From: an uncultured Dehalococcoidales bacterium
GTDB taxonomy: Bacteria > Chloroflexota > Dehalococcoidia > GIF9 > UBA5629
Assembly: GCA_964545945.1 (NCBI GenBank)
Contig: CAZJID010000003.1
Span: forward strand, 1-45,449
Reading direction: 5' to 3'
DNA length: 45,449 bases
Shown here: piece by piece, positions 35,910-45,315 of the stretch
Numbering within the stretch: position 1 is the stretch's first letter
Layout: the number at the start of each line of letters is the position of its first letter
Notes under the pieces: generated by a model
Seen by the model: the letters and a program-made list of their open reading frames with translations, nothing else
What the model was told of the DNA's origin: nothing
Databases searched by the model: none
Made by a program: the position numbers and the translations under genes

Positions 35910-35938
35910 AATATATGGAATATGTCCTCGGATGTCAA
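35910..35938 (-). promoter_or_regulatory. Sigma70 promoter of the lipid operon
   Basis: TTGACA-17 nt-TATATT. Confidence 0.7.
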
Positions 35939-36046
35939 GGGGGGGGGTAAACCTGTGAAGAAGCAATTAAACTTAAGAAACGAGGACGGGGCCGGTTCGA
36001 ATGCCGCGGTTGCCGTATTAAAAAGATAATTATGTATCAATCTCTT

Positions 36047-36166
36047 TGTCATTGCGAGCCCGAGTATAACGAGGGCGTGGCAATCTCGTCTGTATGACCG
36101 ACGTATATCTATTTACGAGATCGCCACGTCATCCTTCCAACTCTGGAAGGACTCCTCGCCATGACA
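36047..36166. repeat. RPE-like palindromic miniature element (GTCATTGCGAG family)
   Basis: TGTCATTGCGAG...CGTGGCAATCTCGT / ACGAGATCGCCACG...CTCGCCATGACA nested inverted repeats. Confidence 0.75.
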
Positions 36167-36192
36167 GAAGGGATGAGGTTGTCAGCTACTGA

Positions 36193-36215
36193 TTCGACAG
36201 GCTCACCACGAGCGG
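36193..36215. repeat. TTCGACAGGCTCA-type REP half element
   Basis: TTCGACAGGCTCACCACGAGCGG resembles a widespread CTTCGACAAGCTCA intergenic repeat family (recalled, not searched). Confidence 0.45.
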
Positions 36216-36244
36216 AGAAAGTTTTGTGAGTATAAGACAAGGCC

Positions 36245-36312
36245 TCTCCCTTTCGAAAAGGAGATTGAGAGGGGTTTAAATCTCCCTTGATCTCCCTTTT
36301 TCTAAGGTGGAG
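36245..36312. repeat. CTCCCTTT..AAAGGGAG-type REP inverted pair
   Basis: CTCCCTTTCGAAAAGGAGATTGAGAGGGG-TTTAAA-TCTCCCTTGATCTCCCTTTTCTAAGGTGGAG. Confidence 0.55.
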
Positions 36313-36329
36313 GTTTAGCTATTTTTTTC

Positions 36330-36977
36330 TCACAAAACATTCACGAAAATCAGAAATGAGATATTGATGAAGACGTGCATGATGAACGCCGGCCAGAACG
36401 AGTTGCCTCTATAAGAGACATAGCCGAAATAGAGTCCCGTCAATATGGTGCTGATTGTCTCTATTTCCGGCTTGCCGATGTGGAGAAGCACGAATGGGAC
36501 CATTTGAACGAGTATACTGAACTCCTTCAGCCTTCCCCTTAGCCCGAAGAGCAGAAAGCCTCGAAATATAAACTCCCAGGCAAACAAATATATAATCGTC
36601 TGCAGCGAATATTTGACGAAGTCGAATTGTGGTTCCGTGTAGTAATGTGACAGGGCGGAACTCCGGGAAGCGAGATAAAGTATCGGCAGCGCAATAATAA
36701 ACGTAACTACGACGTAAAAAGACCATACTCTGACATTGCCTGGTCTTAGGCCGAAGTCCAGCGGGTTTTTGCGCAGCAGAAGTACAATCGTCAGAACCGG
36801 CAAGACGACAAAATATATCAGAGAGCTAATCCAGGGAGGACCGATGGGGTGGTATGCGGCAAGCGTGAGAAAAAGTGTGGCTAAGCCGATTACAATTATC
36901 TCGTTATAATTTCTTCTGAAAAAGCCGGCTATCTCGAGCAGCTCTCGTTTGGACAATTCGAGCAGGTTATTTATCAT
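36330..36977 (-). CDS. CPBP/Abi family intramembrane glutamic protease
   Basis: WEFIFRG, PFVLLH, HVFIN motifs; multi-TM. Start moved from 37064 to ATG 36977 (36983 also possible). Confidence 0.85.
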   Translation of the reverse strand: MINNLLELSKRELLEIAGFFRRNYNEIIVIGLATLFLTLAAYHPIGPPWISSLIYFVVLPVLTIVLLLRKNPLDFGLRPGNVRVWSFYVVVTFIIALPILYLASRSSALSHYYTEPQFDFVKYSLQTIIYLFAWEFIFRGFLLFGLRGRLKEFSILVQMVPFVLLHIGKPEIETISTILTGLYFGYVSYRGNSFWPAFIMHVFINISFLIFVNVL

Positions 36978-37099
36978 GTTCATTGACAGTGTAACGCGGT
37001 GCAGGCGACGATGGCAACACCGGGTACCGCGGAACATCCGCTCCGCAGGATGGTTGCAGGTCACGTGGGGAGGTCGTAGAAATTACGTGGCGTATTTGC

Positions 37100-37609
37100 T
37101 TAGAGCTCGAGGCGGTAAGCCATAACAGTAACGTTCGGTGCGGGATGGAAGTCGGATTCAGGCACACGGACAAACCCCATGCGCTCGTACATCCGGCGGG
37201 CGACGTCCATCATCTCCGTAGTATGAAGTCCGATGGCTGTTATTTTCGCCTGACGACAGCGACGAATGCATTCTTCCATGAGCGCGTGGCCGATGCCACG
37301 GTTCCGGTAAGCCGGATGGACTGCCAGCAATCGAATTGCAGCCGAACCCACCGGCCATACTTCCGGCATGGCGCGCTCCGTATCCAGATATAGGGTGACG
37401 CAGCCGACCAGATGACCGTCCAGTTCAGCCACTAGTAAATCGGATTCGTCCAGCCGACTGCAAACGTCTACAATATCTTCCTGATAATGTTTCCAGGCTT
37501 CGGGGCGGATTAAATTCTGGTATTGCCTATAGGCATCTCCAAGTAATACTGACACCTCTTTGATTTCCTCGAGACGTACATTGCGGATAAGCAGGCCGTG
37601 GTTTTCCAA
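37100..37609 (-). CDS. GNAT family N-acetyltransferase
   Basis: LAVHPAYRNRGIGHALM, ARRMYERMGF. Confidence 0.92.
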   Translation of the reverse strand: MENHGLLIRNVRLEEIKEVSVLLGDAYRQYQNLIRPEAWKHYQEDIVDVCSRLDESDLLVAELDGHLVGCVTLYLDTERAMPEVWPVGSAAIRLLAVHPAYRNRGIGHALMEECIRRCRQAKITAIGLHTTEMMDVARRMYERMGFVRVPESDFHPAPNVTVMAYRLEL

Positions 37610-37650
37610 TTTTAATTAATCTCCGAAAGGGGTCGTTAGAATTGCTTTGA

Positions 37651-39354
37651 CTAGCGTCCGGTTAAAGAATACCAGAGCGCCCGAAGCGGTTTCAATCCAA
37701 TGACGGGCGGGGGTACCTCAAGCTGGATTTTTTCGGCTACGGGAAAGGCGTTTATTCTGTCCACTTCCGGTTTCAGGCGTTCAATTTCTTCATAATTGTT
37801 TTTGGATAATAAATCGTCGATGCGGTGTGCCATGCCCCAGGCGGCTCTCAGGCGCTGCTCGCTTATCCGAGCCAGTTTTACGGGTATAATATCGTACTTA
37901 ACTCTTAGTTGGTTCAAACGCAGTATGGCGTCGTAGGAGCTTTCCACAATCTGCTGGCGAGTCAGCCAGTCGGTTTCGTAGTTCATGGAATATTTCCAGC
38001 TTGGGGATATCAATGCCCGGCGGTAATCTTCCAACTCACGGAAAAGGACGTGGTAACCGAAACGCTTTGGATTTTCGAAAGCCAGGCTGCCCGGGTCGAG
38101 AAACGGCGCCAGCGGCGAGATAAACAGAGAAAGTCGCTTATCTCCTTTAAACCTTTTAAATAGATGCTCACAGTAATCGGTGGTGTCTATTACCGATTGG
38201 GGGGTTTGCCGGGATAAGCCGATCATGTAGAACACGTCCAGGCGCCGGCAGCCGACTTCAAGGGCATCGCTCAATGTTTGTTCCAGGTCCTTATCGGAGT
38301 AGGGTCGCCCCATTATTTTTCTTATAGCCGGGTCGTGGGATTCGGGTGAAATCTCCAGGGAAAACCCGGGACAGGCCTGGCTCATACGGCGCATAAACTC
38401 CCTGGATGCCGGGTAGAAAAGTTCGAGTATGAACCGGTTCTTTACCGGGTTGCGGCGGAGCAGATCCAGCACCTTAAAGGCATAGTCTTCGCCCGCCTGG
38501 TTAAGGTCGCCGAGTATAAATATGGGTCCGTTACTGAAGCGCGCTATCTGCTGGATATCCCGAATCACACTTTCGGGAGAACGGAAGGCCGGTCTGGCAC
38601 GGTTATAGCATTTCCTGAAAGCGGCAGCGGAGCCACCACATATAACACAGTTCTCCTTACATCCCCGGCAGGTGAGGACAGCGGTTATGGGATAGCTGGC
38701 CCAGTTTTTCACGGGCATGTAGCTGGCAAAGTCCCGAAACCTAAGAACGGAGCGTATCACGCCGCCGAAATGGTCGACCATAATGTTATTAATGTCGGCG
38801 GGAACGTATGTGAACGGGTTTTCGTGTATCCGTCCACGGCCGTCTTTCCAGATGAGATTAGGTACGCTTTCCGGTTGCTTGTTATTTCTCAGACAGTCCA
38901 TTAGCTGTTTGAATGGCTCCTCTGTGGAATCGCCCCGGAGCACATAGTCGATCTCCGGATACTCGATTAACTTTTTATAGAAATAGGAGGACGAAAAGCC
39001 ACCGAATATGAGCTTCGACTCGGGGTGCCATTTTTTGACTATCCTGGCCACTTCAATGGCGCCGTGGCAGTGCAGCATCCAGTGCAAATCGATGCCGAAG
39101 ATTGGAGCTTGAAGCCGCTTTATAAAGGCTTCGGCATCGAATTTCCGGTCCCTGAGCATACGCACGGCAAGATTTACTATACGTACCCGGTAGCCGTAGC
39201 GTTCCAGATATTCGGCGATGCTGGTAAGCCCGATGGGATACATCTCGAAGACAGAGGATGGAGGAATTAAATCGCTTACCGGCCCATATAGTATGGTCTT
39301 TTTACGGAAATCGTATACGCTGGGCGCGTGAAGTAAAATCAGGTCAGTCGGCAC
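37651..39354 (-). CDS. B12-binding domain / radical SAM protein (TIGR04190, Ta0216-like)
   Basis: N-terminal DLILLHAPSVYDFR, EMYPIG, GIDLHW, FGGFS..RGDSTE; radical SAM motif CKENCVIC; SPESHD, FLDPGS. Confidence 0.82.
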   Translation of the reverse strand: MPTDLILLHAPSVYDFRKKTILYGPVSDLIPPSSVFEMYPIGLTSIAEYLERYGYRVRIVNLAVRMLRDRKFDAEAFIKRLQAPIFGIDLHWMLHCHGAIEVARIVKKWHPESKLIFGGFSSSYFYKKLIEYPEIDYVLRGDSTEEPFKQLMDCLRNNKQPESVPNLIWKDGRGRIHENPFTYVPADINNIMVDHFGGVIRSVLRFRDFASYMPVKNWASYPITAVLTCRGCKENCVICGGSAAAFRKCYNRARPAFRSPESVIRDIQQIARFSNGPIFILGDLNQAGEDYAFKVLDLLRRNPVKNRFILELFYPASREFMRRMSQACPGFSLEISPESHDPAIRKIMGRPYSDKDLEQTLSDALEVGCRRLDVFYMIGLSRQTPQSVIDTTDYCEHLFKRFKGDKRLSLFISPLAPFLDPGSLAFENPKRFGYHVLFRELEDYRRALISPSWKYSMNYETDWLTRQQIVESSYDAILRLNQLRVKYDIIPVKLARISEQRLRAAWGMAHRIDDLLSKNNYEEIERLKPEVDRINAFPVAEKIQLEVPPPVIGLKPLRALWYSLTGR

Positions 39355-39406
39355 GGTACTATCTCAAAAATCAAAAACCAAAAATACAAGCAATAGATAA
39401 AAGATA

Positions 39407-40297
39407 TTAAAAAATTCCCGCCAGTATATAGCCGATACCCAAAAGCAACTGGGTAATAAGAACCATAAAAACGTTATTGGCCATGCCGGGTATCAGCTTG
39501 CCTTCGTTCCCGTAATTCAGCGCTCCCTGGATTCCTTTTACAGCGAAAGGAATCGTCAGCAGGGCTATAAGACAGAAGACCGGCATTAGTCCAAATATAA
39601 CCCAGACGATTATCCACACGTAGAGTATTATGGTGAGCGCCGAATAGACTATACTGGCGCCTTTACTACCGATAGTTATAGGCAGGGTTCTCCTGCCCGC
39701 CGTTTTATCGGCTTCTACATCTGGAAACTCATTCAGCAGCAGCAGGTTATGTACCAGTATACCCGACGGTATCGAGGCTATGACAGCCGGTAATGTGTAT
39801 TCTCCGGTTTGAACGAAGTAAGCTCCGAGGACCGGCAGCACGCCGAGGCCAAGGCCGGGTGACCACTCGGGCCAGCCCAGCTTGGTCAGAAGTGGTGTAT
39901 AGAAGAGAATACATATCGCGGCGACGAGAAGCAGAGGTAGAAGGAGCCAGCCGCTGACCAATACGAAATAGATACCGATGGGCACGGCCAGCAGGAAGCT
40001 GCCCATTCCGAACCAGAAGACCTGTTTCGGTTTGAGTGAACCGGCAGGCAAAATGCCACTGCCGCCGCTGAACGGTGTCCTTTTGGCCTTCAGGTCGATG
40101 CCGCTCTTGTAGTCATAATAGTCGTTAAGGACATTGACGCTTATATGACACAGTAGCAGGCCGATGAAAGCCAGGACTGCATATCCGAGATTGAAAGCGC
40201 CGTCAAACCAGGCGATGGACGTCCCTAAAAAAGCCAGTACTACTGTAAGCAGCAGGAACTGCGGTCTGGTTTCGAGGAACCAAATTTTCAGGTTCAC
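39407..40297 (-). CDS. menA: UbiA-family prenyltransferase, MenA-like
   Basis: ETRPQFL, NVLNDYYDYKSGID, TPFSGGS, NEFPDVEADKTAGRRTL; multi-TM. Confidence 0.8.
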   Translation of the reverse strand: MNLKIWFLETRPQFLLLTVVLAFLGTSIAWFDGAFNLGYAVLAFIGLLLCHISVNVLNDYYDYKSGIDLKAKRTPFSGGSGILPAGSLKPKQVFWFGMGSFLLAVPIGIYFVLVSGWLLLPLLLVAAICILFYTPLLTKLGWPEWSPGLGLGVLPVLGAYFVQTGEYTLPAVIASIPSGILVHNLLLLNEFPDVEADKTAGRRTLPITIGSKGASIVYSALTIILYVWIIVWVIFGLMPVFCLIALLTIPFAVKGIQGALNYGNEGKLIPGMANNVFMVLITQLLLGIGYILAGIF

Positions 40298-40306
40298 AAG
40301 ACTTGG

Positions 40307-40336
40307 AGTATAGCAAACGAGCGTAGATGGTGTCTA
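40307..40336 (-). promoter_or_regulatory. Promoter directly upstream of the menA-like gene (near-leaderless)
   Basis: TAGACA-18 nt-TATACT with extended TG, 9 nt before the GTG start; no SD. Confidence 0.55.
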
Positions 40337-40349
40337 CATTTAAATGCCA

Positions 40350-40559
40350 CTATGATTTCTTCTTGCTGAAGCCGAAAATATAAATTATCTCCAGTATAGC
40401 CAGCGTGTTAAAGATTAAGAGGCAAATAAACCAGACCAGCTGCTTATTACCGGCGGCTCTCCACAGGGCCACTCCTTTCCATGGCGTTACCCATAGGGCA
40501 ACCAGTAACAAAAACCAGGCAATCCATATGGGCATAGGGATGGTATTTACTAATTCCAT
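40350..40559 (-). CDS. Small membrane protein, DUF5652-like
   Basis: WKGVALWRAA...Q.VWFICLLIFNTLAILEIIYI; GGAGG RBS. Confidence 0.75.
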   Translation of the reverse strand: MELVNTIPMPIWIAWFLLLVALWVTPWKGVALWRAAGNKQLVWFICLLIFNTLAILEIIYIFGFSKKKS

Positions 40560-40560
40560 T

Positions 40561-41319
40561 TTATTCCTCCTTCAATCCGCATATTAACGTTCCGTGCCAG
40601 TCCCTGAATTCAAGTTGACCGTTGTTCATGATAAAAATTTCTAATCTGGCAAGGCCATTTTCAAATTCGCCTTCGGGTATAAGGTCGTAAGTAGACACAT
40701 ATTTATTCTTCACCTTCTCCAGATAGTCGTTGTCCATAGGTATTTTTGAGACGGTTACTTCTTCATGTGTGATATGTTTGAAGGAAAGAGACTCCAGTAT
40801 CGAATCAATCAGCGTTATATCAGGAAATCTGCTTTTATCGATATCAACATAGCTGGGGAAGAAATGTTTGATGATGGGGTGCTGGTCTTCTATTTGCTTA
40901 TGGCTGGATGTTAAGAGCACCAGTGCGCCGTTTCGCAGCACGCGATAGCATTCCGAGAGTACGAGATTCAGGTTTTTTACCTGGTGGATAACATAGGCCC
41001 CGACTACACTGTCGAAGGAACCATCGCGGAAAGGCAGCTTTTGCTTATCGATGTCGCTGAGGACGACTTCCAGATGTTTTCTCCCGGCCACTTTCAGCAT
41101 GTCCGGCGATGCATCGATTCCGATTAAATCGGCGTTGATTTTATTCCTTATCTGTTGTGATATATTACCGGTGCCGCACCCAAGGTCCAGGACTTTCTTT
41201 CCCGGGCTGATCCGTCCCAGCTTAATGATTTTTCTTATTACGTCGTCCGGATAGGAGCGGTAGTCGTCATATATTTTTGAAATACCGGTGTAGTCGACCT
41301 GCGCGCTGTTTCCGGTCAT
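40561..41319 (-). CDS. Class I SAM-dependent methyltransferase (UbiE/Methyltransf_11-like)
   Basis: VLDLGCGTG, GIDASPDML, LPFRDGSFD, ECYRVLR; ATGA overlap with the upstream stop. Confidence 0.88.
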   Translation of the reverse strand: MTGNSAQVDYTGISKIYDDYRSYPDDVIRKIIKLGRISPGKKVLDLGCGTGNISQQIRNKINADLIGIDASPDMLKVAGRKHLEVVLSDIDKQKLPFRDGSFDSVVGAYVIHQVKNLNLVLSECYRVLRNGALVLLTSSHKQIEDQHPIIKHFFPSYVDIDKSRFPDITLIDSILESLSFKHITHEEVTVSKIPMDNDYLEKVKNKYVSTYDLIPEGEFENGLARLEIFIMNNGQLEFRDWHGTLICGLKEE

Positions 41320-42869
41320 AGATTGATATTCGAGTATTTTCGCCATGGCCTGGCGACGGTCTTATTTTGCAGAGTATCAAGGGCTTTATTTATTATCTTC
41401 CTGGTGTCACTGGGCATGATGACATCATCGACATAGCCACGTTCTGCAGCCATATAGGGGTTCTCGTACAGCTCCTGATATTCCTTTACCCGTTTGGCCT
41501 TCACTTCTTTGGGGTTTTCCGCCTCTTTAATCTCCCTGGCGAAGATGACGCTGGCTGCGGTTTCGGCACCGACGATGGTAACCATAGCCGTTGGCCAGGC
41601 GAATACCAGGTCGGCACCGATTGACTTGTCCAGCATGCCGTAATGGGCACCGGCGTACGATTTTCTGACCATGACAGAAATCAGCGGTACGGTGGCATCG
41701 GCCCAGGCGTAAAGCAGCTTGGCACCGTGGCGTAGAATGCCTTTCCAATCTTGCTCGGAACCTATCATGTATCCGGGACAGTCCTGGAAGCTAATCAACG
41801 GTATATTGAACAGGTCGCAGAACCTGATAAACCTGGCCATTTTATCGGCGGCATCGGTGTCGATAACGCCGCCGATATATGAAGGCCGGTTAGCCACTAT
41901 TCCGATAGGACGACCATCGAACCGGGCGAAGCCTATGATGCAGTTCTGCGCATGATAGCCGAGAAGCTCAAAAAAGTAGCCGTCGTCCACTACCAGCGTA
42001 ATCAACTTAAGCATATCGAAGGCCTGATTCGGAAGGTCTGGTATTATGGTATCCAGCTCCGGTACCGTTCTCTCCGGTGAGTCCTCCGTTTTGATACGAG
42101 GCGGGCTTTTTTCTTTATTATTCGAGGGCAGAAAAGACAGCAACTGTTTGCAGGCATCCAGTGCTTCTTGATCGTTTTCGGCGACTATGTGAGTCTGCCC
42201 AGACTTCACAGCGTGGGCCTGCCAGCCAGAAAGCTCCTCGAGGCTGATTTCCTCTCCGATTTGAGTTTTTACAAAGGCCGGTCCGGCAATGCCCATGAAG
42301 CCGGTATGCCGGCATTGAATGAGGAAATCCTGCATTACTGGATGATAGGCCTGTCCACCCAGACACGGGCCCATGAGCAGTGATATCTGGGGGACTATTC
42401 CGGAGGCCTGTATTTGAGCTCTGAATAGCCAGCCGTAGGCTTCGAGAGTGTCCATGCCCTCTTGGAGACGTGCCCCGCCGGAGTCGTTCATGCTGATGCA
42501 GGGCCAACCCATGTCTTTGGCGAATTCAAGCGCCCGGGCAAATTTCTTGCCATGGTATTCACCGAAAGTGCCGGCCATGGCGGTAAAGTCTTCAGCGATA
42601 GCGACCACTGGGCGGCCGTTTACCTTGCCGTAGCCGGTTATCACACCCTCGGCCGGTATATCCCGTTTATCCATACCGAAGTTTGTCGTCCGATGCTTAA
42701 CGAATAGTCCTATTTCAGTGAAAGTGCCCCGGTCGAAGAAATAGTCAATACGTTCCCGGGCAGACAATTGTCCGGCTTTGTGGCGCTGCTCGAGTGCCTT
42801 CGGGTCTGTCTGCTTTATTTTTTCCCGCTTTGCCCTGTATGCCTTGATTGTCTCTTCTGTCCCTGACAT
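41316..42869 (-). CDS. Acyl-CoA carboxylase/decarboxylase carboxyltransferase subunit (PccB/MmdA-like)
   Basis: SARERI, GVITGYG, DSGGARLQEG, ARFIRFCD, RKSYAGA, AAERGYVDDVI. ATG 42869 preferred by SD spacing (GTG 42878 is the alternative). Confidence 0.9.
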   Translation of the reverse strand: MSGTEETIKAYRAKREKIKQTDPKALEQRHKAGQLSARERIDYFFDRGTFTEIGLFVKHRTTNFGMDKRDIPAEGVITGYGKVNGRPVVAIAEDFTAMAGTFGEYHGKKFARALEFAKDMGWPCISMNDSGGARLQEGMDTLEAYGWLFRAQIQASGIVPQISLLMGPCLGGQAYHPVMQDFLIQCRHTGFMGIAGPAFVKTQIGEEISLEELSGWQAHAVKSGQTHIVAENDQEALDACKQLLSFLPSNNKEKSPPRIKTEDSPERTVPELDTIIPDLPNQAFDMLKLITLVVDDGYFFELLGYHAQNCIIGFARFDGRPIGIVANRPSYIGGVIDTDAADKMARFIRFCDLFNIPLISFQDCPGYMIGSEQDWKGILRHGAKLLYAWADATVPLISVMVRKSYAGAHYGMLDKSIGADLVFAWPTAMVTIVGAETAASVIFAREIKEAENPKEVKAKRVKEYQELYENPYMAAERGYVDDVIMPSDTRKIINKALDTLQNKTVARPWRKYSNINL

Positions 42870-42939
42870 ACCAGTCACCTTTCATTTGCAGTTTATTACC
42901 GGACCAAACGCCCAAATGGAGCCAAAAGCTACTTTATAA

Positions 42940-44082
42940 TTAACGAATGCCGATTTCTCGCGAAATAACAAGCTGCTGGATTTCCGAGGTTCCTTCGGTG
43001 ATGGTGGACATACGCGAGTCACGGAAGTAACGCTGAACTACGGAATCCTCGACCAGCCCGTAACCGCCGTGAATCTGCATGGCTTCAGTAGTTACTCTGA
43101 CGGCAACCTCGCTGGCAAAAAGCTTGGCTATAGCCGCTTCCTTGATATGCGGCTTTTTCTGATCATAGAGCCAGGCGGCATAGTATATAAGCCAGCGGGC
43201 AGCTTCTATATCCATTGCCATCCGAGCAAGTTTAAAGGCATTGGTCTGGAATTTGGCTATAGGCTGTCCGAACTGGACTCTTTCCTGTGCATATTTCAGC
43301 GTGGCATCATAGGCGGCGCGAGCCAGCCCCAGGCTTCTGGAGGCATGTGAAATCCTGCCCCCCATAAGCGATTCCATTACGTAAGGGAAGCCTTTACCTT
43401 CTTCACCGATAAGGTTGGCCTCCGGTACGGCACAGTCCTCGAAGCTCAGCTCACCGGTTTCTCCGGAACGGCCGCAAAATTTGTGGATTTTGGCCCGGTT
43501 GAAGCCGGGGGTGCCTTTTTCCACAATGAATAAACTGACGCCGCCTCTGGAACCTTTGCTTTTGTCGGTGTAGGCGGCGACGAGGACGAAGTCACAAATA
43601 TTGCCGTTGGTGATGAAGGTTTTGGTGCCGTTGAGCACGTATTTACCGTTCTTTCTGACGGCAGTGGTCTGTATGGACGCAGCGTCGGAGCCGGCGTTGG
43701 GTTCGGTAAGACCGAAAGCGGCTATTTTTTCTCCTTTGATTGCCGGCACCAGATATTTCTTCTTCTGCTCTTCGTTGCCGCGCGTGTAAACGGCCGTCGT
43801 ACCGATGCCGCTCTGGACCATGATACCGGCACATATACCGACGCTCTGGTAGGCGACCTCCTCGACGGAAATGCAATCGCCGATTTTGCCCATGTCCGCG
43901 CCGCCGTATTCAGTAGGATATCTGACACATAGATAGCCTAGCTTACCCATCTTGGGGAATAGTTGGACAGGCATGGTGGCGGTTTTCTCAGCCTCATCTA
44001 CGAGAGGCGCGATCTCTTTCTCTGCAAAGTTACAGATGGCTTCCTGGAACATTTTGTGCTCTTCGGAAAGCTCGAAGTCCAT
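42940..44082 (-). CDS. Acyl-CoA dehydrogenase
   Basis: FGLTEPNAGSD, LNGTKTFITNG, RVQFGQPI, QIHGGYG, EGTSEIQ; AAGGAGG RBS. Confidence 0.95.
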   Translation of the reverse strand: MDFELSEEHKMFQEAICNFAEKEIAPLVDEAEKTATMPVQLFPKMGKLGYLCVRYPTEYGGADMGKIGDCISVEEVAYQSVGICAGIMVQSGIGTTAVYTRGNEEQKKKYLVPAIKGEKIAAFGLTEPNAGSDAASIQTTAVRKNGKYVLNGTKTFITNGNICDFVLVAAYTDKSKGSRGGVSLFIVEKGTPGFNRAKIHKFCGRSGETGELSFEDCAVPEANLIGEEGKGFPYVMESLMGGRISHASRSLGLARAAYDATLKYAQERVQFGQPIAKFQTNAFKLARMAMDIEAARWLIYYAAWLYDQKKPHIKEAAIAKLFASEVAVRVTTEAMQIHGGYGLVEDSVVQRYFRDSRMSTITEGTSEIQQLVISREIGIR

Positions 44083-44179
44083 GTGTTTGTCCTCCTTGTA
44101 TTTGAAAGTAATGAATTAAAGCTTTAATATTGTATACGAAATTGAGCTAAATTTAAACGTTCGTATGGTAAGTTTTGAA

Positions 44180-44899
44180 ATGGAAGTAATTCCGGCGGTC
44201 GACATCAAAGGCGGCAGATGTGTCCGGCTGTATCAGGGCGATTACGGCAGGGAAACGGTTTTCTCTGAAAATCCGGTAGACGTCGCCCTGGGTTGGAAGG
44301 CTCAGGGAGCCCGGCGTCTGCACGTGATAGACCTGGACGGTGCTGCCGGCGGCCGGGTGCAAAATATTGAGGTGATAAAGACTATAGTTAGAAAGCTGGG
44401 CCTGCCGGTGCAACTCGGCGGAGGTATAAGAGACGAGGCCACTGTAGCAGAATTGCTGGGCACCGGTATAGACAGGGTGATCTTGGGGACTGCGGCTGTA
44501 GAGAATGCGGATCTGGTAAAAAGTTTGTGCCGCAAGTATGGTGAAGCGATAGTTGTGGGCATAGATGCCCGTGACGGCTTTGTGGCCACGCACGGCTGGG
44601 TTGAAGCCACGGAGATTAAGGCTTTGGCCCTGGGCTTGCAGATGGTCGATTTAGGCGTGAAGCGGATTATATACACCGATATAAAACGCGACGGTACGCT
44701 TACCGAGCCGGGTTTCGAGGCTATTGCCGGGATGGTTAAAGGTTTGAACGTAGGCATCATCGCCGCCGGCGGCATTTCGAAGATAAGCCATTTGATAAAG
44801 CTCAAGGAATTGGGGGTGGAGGGCGCCATTTTGGGCAGGGCCATTTATACCGGCGATATAAATTTAAAAGAGGCATTGGAAGCTACAAGGGACCGGTGA
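44180..44899 (+). CDS. hisA: ProFAR isomerase
   Basis: IPAVDIKGGRCVRLYQG, LHVIDLDGA, GGGIR, GTAA, TDIKRDG, GRAIY; alternative start 44165. Confidence 0.96.
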   Translation: MEVIPAVDIKGGRCVRLYQGDYGRETVFSENPVDVALGWKAQGARRLHVIDLDGAAGGRVQNIEVIKTIVRKLGLPVQLGGGIRDEATVAELLGTGIDRVILGTAAVENADLVKSLCRKYGEAIVVGIDARDGFVATHGWVEATEIKALALGLQMVDLGVKRIIYTDIKRDGTLTEPGFEAIAGMVKGLNVGIIAAGGISKISHLIKLKELGVEGAILGRAIYTGDINLKEALEATRDR

Positions 44900-44926
44900 A
44901 TGCCTAAAACTGACACGTGTATTATC

Positions 44927-44952
44927 GGGCGCATCTGAAGGAACGCCCCTAC
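44927..44952. repeat. Single GTAG-family REP
   Basis: GGGCG-CATCTGAAGGAA-CGCCC-CTAC. Confidence 0.5.
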
Positions 44953-44985
44953 GGTATGGGATAATTCATATTAAGGTGGTAAGCA

Positions 44986-45306
44986 ATGTTGAAATTCGAT
45001 AACAAAGGTTTGATTCCGGTAATAATCCAGGACGCCGACAACGGCGATGTCTTGATGCTGGGCTATGCCAATCAGGAATCGCTTAAGCGGACCCTTGACA
45101 GCGGCGAGGTTTGGTTCTACAGCCGCAGCCGGCAGGAACTGTGGCACAAGGGTGCAACTTCGGGGAGCATTTTGAAAGTGACGTCAATCGCCAAGGACTG
45201 TGACAGCGACGCTATCCTGATTAAGGCTGAGCCAGCCGGACCGGTGTGTCATACCGGAAATCAGAGCTGCTTCTTCGAGGCGTTTGATAGGAAAGATCTG
45301 GAATAA
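44986..45306 (+). CDS. hisI: Phosphoribosyl-AMP cyclohydrolase (stand-alone)
   Basis: [37 protein letters not shown]. Confidence 0.95.
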   Translation: MLKFDNKGLIPVIIQDADNGDVLMLGYANQESLKRTLDSGEVWFYSRSRQELWHKGATSGSILKVTSIAKDCDSDAILIKAEPAGPVCHTGNQSCFFEAFDRKDLE

Positions 45307-45315
45307 TACCCTACA

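Noticed and set aside
44302-44844. 180-aa minus-strand ORF, and 44153..44593
   Set aside because: Antisense shadows of hisA with no independent motifs.
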